This document shows positions 8,353 through 15,975 of a DNA stretch of 32,000 nucleotides, piece after piece. The translations under genes and the position numbers were made by a program. Origin of the DNA: Candidatus Nanohalobium constans (GTDB lineage Archaea > Nanohalarchaeota > Nanosalinia > Nanosalinales > Nanosalinaceae); NCBI RefSeq assembly GCF_009617975.1, contig NZ_CP040089.1, forward strand, positions 930,001 to 962,000. The letters are read 5' to 3'. The stretch's first letter is position 1, and every line of letters begins with the position of its first letter. Under the pieces are notes generated by a model, which ran no database searches, was not told where the DNA came from, and saw only the letters and a list, made by a program, of their open reading frames with translations.

Positions 8353-8666
8353 TTTCTCATTTTCTCTCTCTCTAAATTCCTTAACCGCTTCTCAATTTCT
8401 TCGTTATCCATCTCAAAGTGAACCTTCTCAATTACTGTTGAGGGGCTTTATTAAAAAATCCCGGCGCCCTTGAACCCGTGGAATATTACCTGCATAGCTG
8501 AGACCTCAAAAGATTCTTTAACAATCTCTCTACCAAGTTCTTAGTTTTTACGCCAACTTTATATTTATACTCCTGGCTTCCCCTAATAGGTCTTTACTAA
8601 CTCCTCAGGGGATTTTCCCCTCCATTTTCAGTTTTGTGGTTCAGCTTCAGAAAACTTGTGGAAAAG

Positions 8667-8757
8667 CGCCGGGGCCGGGATTTGAACCCGGGTGAGAGCG
8701 TTGCGCCCTCAATGGCTTAGCAAGCCACCGCGATAGACCAGACTCTGCCACCCCGAC
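8667..8757 (-). tRNA. tRNA-Ser(GCU): tRNA-Ser, anticodon GCU, class II with a long variable arm; no encoded CCA
   Basis: Hand-folded. Acceptor stem GTCGGGG/CCCCGGC. Anticodon stem GTGGC/GCCAT with loop TTGCTAA. 7-bp variable-arm stem GAGGGCG-CAA-CGCTCTC. T-arm CCGGG-TTCAAAT-CCCGG. Discriminator G, followed by a T-run. Confidence 0.85.
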
Positions 8758-8894
8758 AAAACTGGTGTCTGTGTTTGATGTTTGGGTCGGTAAGACTTAA
8801 AATCTCCATTGAGGAATGTTTCCAGATTGGTTGTTTGGAAAGGTATTTAAGTTTCTGACGGGGTTTTTTGTATGTAAGGAGTGATTAATTAGTT

Positions 8895-9182
8895 ATGCCG
8901 CAGAATATCCTTGACTTTTCGGATGTCAAAAGTAAAGATGTTTTCACAAGCAACGGTTCTTACTGTGGAAAAGTAAAAGATGTAGAACTAAACCTAGGGA
9001 AGTTCGCAGTCAGAGCAGTCGTTGTAAGTGCTGAAAAAGGAAGTTACCTGGCTCAGAAGGTTGGCGGCAGCAAAAATGTAGTAATCCCTTACAGAATGGT
9101 TCAGTCAATCGACGATATTATCATCATCAATGACTTCCAGACCAACGAAGTTGAGGAAAAACAGCAGAAGGCCGAAGCATAA
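8895..9182 (+). CDS. PRC-barrel domain protein
   Basis: The pattern DVKSKDVFTSNGSYCGKVKDVELNLGKFAVRAVVV...VVIPYRMVQSIDDIIIIN is typical of archaeal PRC-barrel proteins. An SD-like GGAGTG lies about 12 nt upstream of the ATG. Confidence 0.6.
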   Translation: MPQNILDFSDVKSKDVFTSNGSYCGKVKDVELNLGKFAVRAVVVSAEKGSYLAQKVGGSKNVVIPYRMVQSIDDIIIINDFQTNEVEEKQQKAEA

Positions 9183-9211
9183 AATAAAACTTATCTAAAC
9201 TTTCTTTACCT

Positions 9212-9511
9212 GTGGTACTTCAAACAGTTACTCCTGTAATCCGTGAAATAGTATCTCATTCATGGGTTTTTGCATCTATAATAACTAAGTATTATCTAGC
9301 AGGCGTCCTGCTCTTTCTCTACACCGAGGGCAAGTTCAGTAGAGACCAGATTAAGGGAAAAATTCTGGAAGATAGTAGAGTTGTGGTCAGCAGCTTTGTA
9401 ATAATTGGAACAGTACTTTACACTGCAGATTTGCAGCCAGAACCATTTTTGAAGCTTTTCAGCCAGGCAATCGCCCTAGGGTACCTGGGTTATCTGTTCT
9501 GGGAGTACTAG
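9212..9511 (+). CDS. Small hypothetical membrane protein
   Basis: GTG-start ORF with 2-3 hydrophobic segments. No family recognised. Confidence 0.35.
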   Translation: MVLQTVTPVIREIVSHSWVFASIITKYYLAGVLLFLYTEGKFSRDQIKGKILEDSRVVVSSFVIIGTVLYTADLQPEPFLKLFSQAIALGYLGYLFWEY

Positions 9512-9517
9512 GAAAAT

Positions 9518-9844
9518 TTAGTCCAGTTTTTCCTCTACTTGGGATGCCCAGGTCTGAACTACTTCACAGGTAAGCTCCCTGAGATCTTCTATAGGAAGAG
9601 TAGTATACACATAGTAAACTGTTTTCTCAGTTCTGCCTTCACGCATCAACAAGTCTTTATCCATCATTTCCTGTAGACTTCTCTGGACAGTAGAACGATT
9701 CCTATCGACTTCCTCTGCTAATTCCTGCACTGTCAATTTGTTGTCCTGCAGCTCCCGAAAAATACTCTTCTGAAGCCCGTTCAAATCAAAAACATCGAAA
9801 ATAATCTGCCTATCATCCTTCTCCCCAACCTCCAAAAAATCCAT
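9518..9844 (-). CDS. Winged-helix transcription regulator (TrmB/MarR-like)
   Basis: LQKSIFRELQDNKLTVQELAEEVDRNRSTVQRSLQEMMDKDLLMREGR...VYYVY is an HTH plus wing. ATG at 9844 (MDFLEVGEKDD) is preferred; the track start at 9895 would overlap the upstream gene. Confidence 0.65.
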   Translation of the reverse strand: MDFLEVGEKDDRQIIFDVFDLNGLQKSIFRELQDNKLTVQELAEEVDRNRSTVQRSLQEMMDKDLLMREGRTEKTVYYVYTTLPIEDLRELTCEVVQTWASQVEEKLD

Positions 9845-9881
9845 ACAAAAACTGACGCGGTGAAACAATAAAAATCTTCCT

Positions 9882-10094
9882 TCAGCCGCCTGCAATTACA
9901 TCAAAAACCTCAATCTCATCATCGTCCTCCAGCTCATGACTATCCGAAATAATAGTGCCGTTACGAGAAACCAGTACTTCCTGCCTCTCAATCCCTTCAG
10001 ACTCCAGAAACCCTGAAACAGTAGTACCTTCCTCAACACTCACTGTTTTCTCCTTTTTCTCCTCCAAATCATCTCGAATTAGTTTTATCTCCAC
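9882..10094 (-). CDS. Ubiquitin-like beta-grasp protein of the ThiS/MoaD/SAMP type with a C-terminal Gly-Gly
   Basis: 70 aa, ending ...DDDEIEVFDVIAGG immediately before the stop. Size and pattern are typical of small archaeal modifier or sulfur-carrier proteins. Confidence 0.75.
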   Translation of the reverse strand: MEIKLIRDDLEEKKEKTVSVEEGTTVSGFLESEGIERQEVLVSRNGTIISDSHELEDDDEIEVFDVIAGG

Positions 10095-10098
10095 CAGT

Positions 10099-10959
10099 CT
10101 ACACCTCTATTATTCCTTTACGGGCTGCGTGGAAGATATATTCTTGGGCATATCCAGAGTACTCGCCGAAGTGCTCTCTCAAATTTTGTGAAGTCTCACT
10201 GTAGTCGTCTGAGTGATGTTCTGGATAGTGTTTTTCGATAGCTTGGAGCGCCCAGGTGTCAAGAGGATATGCCTCATGAAAGTTCTTGGAGAACAAGAGG
10301 ACGCAATCCGCCACCTTATCGCCCACACCATAGAGGTTCTTCATGTGCTCTCTCGCATCTTCATAACTCATGGAGTCTAGCTCAGTATGGTCGAACCCTT
10401 CTTGAAGAATCTCCAGTGTTTCTACTATGTATTTAGCTCGGTAGCCCACACCAAGCTCCCTCAGTTCATCTTCGGAAGCCCTGGAAAGTTCTCTTTGAGT
10501 AGGAAATCTGAGCATCTCAATACCGTTAACCTCTCTAACCTCACCGAACTCCCGAGCCATATCATTATGCATCTGCTTAATCCTTGGAATCCTCATCTGA
10601 GGAGAACAGAGATAACTAACTAGACACGGGAAGAATTCGTCCTGCACAATCCTCAAACCTTTCAGCTCGGAGTATGCCTTTTCCAGTCTCTCATCCTCCG
10701 GAAAAGTAGAGAAAATTTCATCGAGATCATGATGGATTCCTAATGCTTCCTCAACCTTCTTCCTTTCCAGTTCTGTTTCAACCACTATTTTATCTCCCTG
10801 CTGCTGAACCAGTAACGGTTTTCCCTTGCGAAAAGTGTAGAATCTATCCGAGCCTTCGCCGTATAATTCTCCTTCTGTCCTGTGCCAGCAAAATGTTTGT
10901 CCACATGTCAGAGTCAGTTCAAGATCAAAATCTTCAGCAGGTATCGAAAATGTTTCCAC
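10099..10959 (-). CDS. ogg: 8-oxoguanine DNA glycosylase / AP lyase (Ogg, HhH-GPD superfamily)
   Basis: N-terminal OGG-type TLTCGQTFCWHR and the HhH-GPD region LYGVGDKVADCVLLF. GTG start. Confidence 0.85.
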   Translation of the reverse strand: METFSIPAEDFDLELTLTCGQTFCWHRTEGELYGEGSDRFYTFRKGKPLLVQQQGDKIVVETELERKKVEEALGIHHDLDEIFSTFPEDERLEKAYSELKGLRIVQDEFFPCLVSYLCSPQMRIPRIKQMHNDMAREFGEVREVNGIEMLRFPTQRELSRASEDELRELGVGYRAKYIVETLEILQEGFDHTELDSMSYEDAREHMKNLYGVGDKVADCVLLFSKNFHEAYPLDTWALQAIEKHYPEHHSDDYSETSQNLREHFGEYSGYAQEYIFHAARKGIIEV

Positions 10960-10994
10960 AGTTCTATTGTTGCTGGTAAAGTTTTTGAGTATGT

Positions 10995-11186
10995 TTAGTC
11001 GTCGTTCTTTGAGTACTTGTGGAAGCCTGCTTTTTTCTCGTCTTCCTTGTCCAAGTCATCCGTTTTTTTACTGAATTCTTTGGCATCTCTCTTCAGATAG
11101 CTGCGACCGCATTGATGGCACTGTACTCTTTTCTCCGCCTTGCTTCTCTGTTTATGTCCACAGTCCGGGCATTGGAAGTAAGTCAA
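10995..11186 (-). CDS. Small zinc-ribbon protein with an acidic/basic tail
   Basis: CPDCGH...(13 aa)...CHQCG four-Cys ribbon. It starts 2 nt after the AglH-like stop. Confidence 0.5.
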   Translation of the reverse strand: MTYFQCPDCGHKQRSKAEKRVQCHQCGRSYLKRDAKEFSKKTDDLDKEDEKKAGFHKYSKNDD

Positions 11187-11187
11187 T

Positions 11188-12318
11188 TTATATCACCAAG
11201 GTATGGAATCCAAGCATCAGCACACACCATACTAACTGTATTCCAGCTAATGTAAGCGTAATCCTCCTCTCAGTGAAACCACGGTTCATCAATGGATGCG
11301 TCAGTGAGTAGATTTTATCGTGCTGGGACTTTAGCGTGCCGTCTTCCTGCAGTATTCCCCATGAGTGTGCTTTGAACCGGGAACGGGCTTTCAGGAAGAA
11401 CTCTATCACGTACAGCAAAAACAGCGATGCTCCAAACTGCTCGATATTCCCTATCACCACCGATGCAAATAATGCTGCACCCGCCAGGTATGTGAATGAA
11501 TCACCCGGAAGCATTGAAGCCGGATAGTAATTGTACCTGAGGAAAGCTAAGGTCGTGGCACTTAGTGAAAGTGCTATAACTGCTGCTTCAAACCTGTTAT
11601 TCATTAAAGCAAATACGCCAACTGCAGCGGAAGTTACAAGAGTAAGAGTTGTTGATAATCCGTTTGTCCCTGCCAGTATGTTAACAGCGTTAGTCACAAA
11701 GAAGAAGCCTCCAGGCATCAACACCAGTGGATAGATCAAGCCCCAGTTTACAGTATAAGAAGTGAGCGGGACGGACATTGTCCATGAGCCTGCTCCTACA
11801 GCGATAAGCGGTAGAAGTGCCGGCAATACAAAGAGCATCTTTGGAACTTGGCTTAAACCCTCCCTATGCATATCTTCAGAAGTTTCAGATTGACCCGTGA
11901 CCACAGAAATTTTTTCATGTATTACCTGGTGAGGAAAGTCAATCTCAGCTACCTTCTGCCCCAGATCAAGCGTAAACTCAGTGTCAGCTGTCTCCTCTCG
12001 TATAATACCTTCTATATCTATATGTATATCATCTATTAGACCTATCAACGCAATTATATTTACTGAGGTAAGTGCTGCTAAAAGCATTGTTATATCGGAA
12101 TCTGTGCCTGTAACAGTTGTCAGCGCCATGTAGAGAGTTACAGAAAAAATAAAGCCGAAGAGGACCGGAAGACCGCCTGAAGTAGGTAGTTTTGGTCTCG
12201 TTTCTTTCTGCTGGTCTATACCGTATATCCCTGACGCCAGAAGATACTTCTTAGCGTAAGGAGTGGCGATATAGACGGATGTGAACCCTGCTATCAATGA
12301 AAGCAGTAGTGCTATCAT
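11188..12318 (-). CDS. aglH: UDP-GlcNAc:dolichyl-phosphate GlcNAc-1-phosphate transferase (GT4 / MraY-WecA-Alg7 family)
   Basis: Motifs LIGLIDDI and NAVNILAGTNGL (compare eukaryotic Alg7 NAINILAGINGL), with about 10 TM segments. The ATG at 12318 overlaps the aglB stop as ATGA. The track start at 12333 is a GTG. Confidence 0.8.
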   Translation of the reverse strand: MIALLLSLIAGFTSVYIATPYAKKYLLASGIYGIDQQKETRPKLPTSGGLPVLFGFIFSVTLYMALTTVTGTDSDITMLLAALTSVNIIALIGLIDDIHIDIEGIIREETADTEFTLDLGQKVAEIDFPHQVIHEKISVVTGQSETSEDMHREGLSQVPKMLFVLPALLPLIAVGAGSWTMSVPLTSYTVNWGLIYPLVLMPGGFFFVTNAVNILAGTNGLSTTLTLVTSAAVGVFALMNNRFEAAVIALSLSATTLAFLRYNYYPASMLPGDSFTYLAGAALFASVVIGNIEQFGASLFLLYVIEFFLKARSRFKAHSWGILQEDGTLKSQHDKIYSLTHPLMNRGFTERRITLTLAGIQLVWCVLMLGFHTLVI

Positions 12319-14984
12319 TCTGTGATTTCCCACATCTTGATGTAGCCATTTGAGGCTTCAGGAACCTTTTCAGCGTAGTCAACACCGCGCCCATCCTGCA
12401 GGTATAGCTTGACAAGTGTCGAATCTGTGATCTTCTCAGGAACTAGGATTAGCCGCGACTGCGTGCCTGCTGCACCCCTTTCCAAACTGTAGAAAGGATC
12501 TTCAACAGCACAGAATCCTAGGTCTCTTTCAACATCAAAGTCTTCTCTGCCGTCCTCTGTAAGCAGACAGCCTACTTCAGCAGTTTGACCATCTGCAAAC
12601 CGGACAGTTGGCGGACCTGAAAGCCCTGCCGAGGAATTTGTAAACTCTACCGGAGCATAGATTGACACAGGGTCTCTGCCCAGCCTTCCTCGGAACTGAG
12701 CCACAGTCTGACCGTCTTCCTCGCTCAAAGAGCTTTGTAGCGCGCCAGGAGTACTGAACTGTGCCATAGCCTGGTAGTCTTGGTTATCCTTATTTGCTAT
12801 CTGACTTACTGCTGAAAACTTGCCTATCATGCTGTGATCAAGCCAGATGTAATCAGCTGAGGTCTGCTCAAGATAGTCTGTGTCATTAGCGGTCGTCGAG
12901 TTAAGGTAGCTAGCTAACCTGTAGTTCATGTGATCTCCTTCACTTGTGTAGTATCTTAGGTTTCCTCCATCGGCTACAGATGCTCTGTTCCCTAATGTCT
13001 GGAAGTTGTAACCGTAGTCCCACCATGAAAGCACTACAGAACCATTCGGCGTCTCATCCTCCATGTAGTCTAGGCTCTGTTCCCAGAGCTGAGGTGAAGG
13101 TGTTGGAGATCCTCTTATCCCTTGAGACATGCTGAAACCTGAGAAGAAGTTCATGCCTAAAACCAGTGCCAGAACAAGCAGTAAACTTGCTGTTTTCAGA
13201 TTATCTGAGTCTATATTATCTGACCAGTCGTAATCCAATGCTCTTAGCTTTGATATTACTATGTTTAAACCATGACCTGCGCCAAGAGCTACCGCAAATG
13301 TTGATAGGAATACGAGCCGTGATCTAGTTGTACCTCCGTAAAGATTGGAGCCTATCCATACTAGAGGTATGATCATGTACCATCTACAGGTTATTTCTCT
13401 TTCAGGGAAGTGGTCTAGGTAGTTGAGTATTGCCGATCCTGCTACTGCAGCTAAGGTAGGCCATAGAGTCAGGTAGGCGAATGAAGTGAATAAACCGCCT
13501 GTAAATCTGAATGATGCTATTGACAGCCCTACTGCCGTTCCCAGAAGCATCAAAGTGGATATGCTGAACGCTGAGTCTTCATCTAGGAAATAGACTGTGG
13601 CTAGGATTGTAGCAGCCACTATTGCAGCTGCGAACGCCGAGATAAACACGAAGTTCAAGACCAGTCCAACCATGAATATTATTGTGGCTACGAAGACTGC
13701 CTGAGTATAGGCAATATGCTTTTTGCCCGGAATAACGTCACCGAAGACACCGTACTTCTTTCCAAGCATCATCATTAGGGCTGTTGATGTAGCGACGATT
13801 GAAACTATCATGAATGTCCAAGGACTTAGCAGCATGGAGAAAATTTCCAGTCCTGCCGGGACTCTACCAGCTAGCACCGATCCAAGGCTTGTTGCAAGGC
13901 TGTTTACTCCCGGTGCTGCATTTTCCTGTACTGTTTTACCTATAACGCTGTTACCTGTCTTTCCTAGTGCCAGACTGACAAGCCTTAGAATTTTGTCAGC
14001 GACCCATTGAGAGTAGATGGGTGAGAGTACTGCCATAAAGAACCCTAGGACACCCATCGAAGGCACGAAGTAAGGAAGATACTTTTCCTGGACTACTTCG
14101 AATTCTTCGACAAGGTATCTTAGCCATAGGAGTCCTAATGCTGCTGACGCTATAAGGAATAAAGAGTCTGTGAACCAGAACCTTCCTGGATTGGTGAATG
14201 CTGCGAAGAATCCTCCTATCAATACTGTTGGAGTGTATGCAGCTATAAGAGATCTTATTTCGATGTTTAGGAACAGTGTGATACCTGTTAGTATCGGATA
14301 TAGTAGCCAGAGCATTTGGCTGCCTCCCCAGCTGATTGTAAATATTCCTAGAGTTAGACCCGCCATTATGCCATTCTCCCAGCTTTCTCGTTTCCATGCT
14401 CTCGTGAAGAAAAGCAGTGAAGTAACCATCAGGAATGTTCCAAGCGGTTCTTTCTCGAAGAATCCTGCCGAAGTTCTTCTAAGTGCTCCAGAGATAACTG
14501 CTAGGAAGAATGCTGCTGCAAGCCCCGTATTCTTGTTGAAGTGTTCCTTACCTAGGAAGTACATTACCACTGTTGAAGCAGCTCCTAGAAGCGCTGGGTA
14601 GAACTGTGCCCATTCCAGGTAGTTCTCGAAGAACAGTGAGAACCCTAAATTGTACAGTACTGCAGGGACGATGAAGTCTCCTATCTGAAGCGAGTAAGTC
14701 GGTGCCGCGTATGGGAAATAACGCATGAAATCTACTTGTGGCATGGTGCCTTCGAGTGCGAGGTGTTGGCTCATGCGGAAGATGAAGTATGGATCAGCGG
14801 CTTGGAGGTACTGCATGCCTTTTTCCGGCATGTAGCGTAACATGAATGCAAGTAAAAATACGAGTGTTAGACCTCCTAAGTGCCAATTTTCCTTAAGCTT
14901 CGTTAGAATGGTTTCTCTATCTAAATTATCACTGTACTCTTTGACTTTGTTGGCTGGATCCATCCTTGCATGGGTTTTATGCAT
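12315..14984 (-). CDS. aglB: Archaeal oligosaccharyltransferase AglB (STT3 family)
   Basis: WWDYGY catalytic motif (VVLSWWDYGYNF), an STT3-type DPYF motif in the first loop (AADPYFIFR), a multi-TM N-terminal part and a soluble C-terminal domain. An alternative leaderless start is at 14963 (MDPANK). Confidence 0.95.
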   Translation of the reverse strand: MHKTHARMDPANKVKEYSDNLDRETILTKLKENWHLGGLTLVFLLAFMLRYMPEKGMQYLQAADPYFIFRMSQHLALEGTMPQVDFMRYFPYAAPTYSLQIGDFIVPAVLYNLGFSLFFENYLEWAQFYPALLGAASTVVMYFLGKEHFNKNTGLAAAFFLAVISGALRRTSAGFFEKEPLGTFLMVTSLLFFTRAWKRESWENGIMAGLTLGIFTISWGGSQMLWLLYPILTGITLFLNIEIRSLIAAYTPTVLIGGFFAAFTNPGRFWFTDSLFLIASAALGLLWLRYLVEEFEVVQEKYLPYFVPSMGVLGFFMAVLSPIYSQWVADKILRLVSLALGKTGNSVIGKTVQENAAPGVNSLATSLGSVLAGRVPAGLEIFSMLLSPWTFMIVSIVATSTALMMMLGKKYGVFGDVIPGKKHIAYTQAVFVATIIFMVGLVLNFVFISAFAAAIVAATILATVYFLDEDSAFSISTLMLLGTAVGLSIASFRFTGGLFTSFAYLTLWPTLAAVAGSAILNYLDHFPEREITCRWYMIIPLVWIGSNLYGGTTRSRLVFLSTFAVALGAGHGLNIVISKLRALDYDWSDNIDSDNLKTASLLLVLALVLGMNFFSGFSMSQGIRGSPTPSPQLWEQSLDYMEDETPNGSVVLSWWDYGYNFQTLGNRASVADGGNLRYYTSEGDHMNYRLASYLNSTTANDTDYLEQTSADYIWLDHSMIGKFSAVSQIANKDNQDYQAMAQFSTPGALQSSLSEEDGQTVAQFRGRLGRDPVSIYAPVEFTNSSAGLSGPPTVRFADGQTAEVGCLLTEDGREDFDVERDLGFCAVEDPFYSLERGAAGTQSRLILVPEKITDSTLVKLYLQDGRGVDYAEKVPEASNGYIKMWEITE

Positions 14985-15024
14985 ACATGTTTTTTATTGG
15001 CTTGCACACGCATGGAAAGGGATG

Positions 15025-15032
15025 TTTATAAA
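15025..15032 (+). promoter_or_regulatory. TATA-like box (TTTATAAA) upstream of secF
   Basis: 25-32 nt upstream of the in-frame GTG at 15057, the same spacing seen at other genes in the window. Confidence 0.3.
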
Positions 15033-15056
15033 CATTCTAAGACAGGAAGTTATGCT

Positions 15057-15974
15057 GTGAGCCTAGAACAGAGACTGGAAAAACGTTACTCCGAAATATA
15101 CAACAACCATCAAAAATATTTCCTAGTCCCTCTAGCACTGCTTATGCTGGCAGTAGCAGTACTGGGCTTCAGCTACACTCAAAACGGAGAATTCTTTCAG
15201 AAAGGAACAGACTTCACCGGAGGAACCGAAGCACAGTTTCAGATAAACGGCTCATTCCCAACAACAGAAATCGAGCAAGCGTTCTCAGATGCTGGAAAAC
15301 CTGGAGCCAACGCAATAACACAGCAGACCAGCGAAGGAAAAAACTTACTAGTCGAAATACCGCCTCCAGACATCAATCAAAGCGAAGCAGAAGATATACT
15401 AACAGACGCAGGCTACCAAGTAGAAGTACTGCAGTTTAACTCGATTTCAGCTTCTGTATCCAACCAGTTCTTCCTTCAGGCACAGATAGCATTTGTGCTA
15501 GCATTCACAGTCATGAGCCTAGTAATATTCATCGCATTCAAAGATATAACGCCCTCAATGGCCGTAATATTTGCAGCAGCAGGAGATATAATTATAGCAG
15601 GAGCTGGAATGGCTTTGTTAGGCATACCACTTACTCTAGGTTCGTTAGCAGCACTTCTAATGCTTATAGGTTACTCTGTCGACACAGATATCGTCCTATC
15701 AAGCAGAACACTGAAGAGAGAGAAAGACTCACTCCAATCTAGAATGTGGGAATCACTCAAAACAGGAGTAACAATGAGCTCAGGAGGTATAGCAGGATTT
15801 ACACTGCTCTACATAGTATCTTACGTCATAGTTGGTCCTTCAGAACTTTCCAACATTGCAGCAGTGATGGTAATCGGATTACTAGCCGACATGCCACTGA
15901 CATGGCTTGGAAACACAGCAATACTGAAATCATACATTGAAGGAGAAGACTTGATCTACAGAGGTGGAGCATAA
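15057..15974 (+). CDS. secF: Protein-export membrane protein SecF
   Basis: N-terminal TM, a small periplasmic domain and a C-terminal 5-TM bundle (LIGYSVDTDIVLSSR). It is followed directly by secD, as in haloarchaeal secFD. Start uncertain: GTG 15057 is favoured by the TATA spacing; alternatives are ATG 15012 and 14970. Confidence 0.8.
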   Translation: MSLEQRLEKRYSEIYNNHQKYFLVPLALLMLAVAVLGFSYTQNGEFFQKGTDFTGGTEAQFQINGSFPTTEIEQAFSDAGKPGANAITQQTSEGKNLLVEIPPPDINQSEAEDILTDAGYQVEVLQFNSISASVSNQFFLQAQIAFVLAFTVMSLVIFIAFKDITPSMAVIFAAAGDIIIAGAGMALLGIPLTLGSLAALLMLIGYSVDTDIVLSSRTLKREKDSLQSRMWESLKTGVTMSSGGIAGFTLLYIVSYVIVGPSELSNIAAVMVIGLLADMPLTWLGNTAILKSYIEGEDLIYRGGA

Positions 15975-15975
15975 A

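Noticed and set aside
8353-8412. 20-codon upstream ORF (MDNEEIEKRLRNLEREKMRK) overlapping the Tat-protein start as ATGA
   Set aside because: It is too short to support from sequence alone. It is noted under the Tat-protein finding only.
8455-8483. tRNA-like fragment (cccggcgcccttgaacccgtgg) about 200 bp from tRNA-Ser; possible att site or split-tRNA half
   Set aside because: Only about 9 nt (ttgaacccg) match the tRNA-Ser T-arm region. No T-stem or acceptor pairing can be drawn. No integrase or second repeat was found.
12944-14601. Track ORFs on the plus strand inside aglB (12944..13135, 13723..14010, 14170..14601) and the alternative-frame minus-strand ORF 13996..14397
   Set aside because: They lie antisense to, or out of frame with, a very confidently identified STT3/AglB gene. 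Their sequences are low-complexity, with no motifs.
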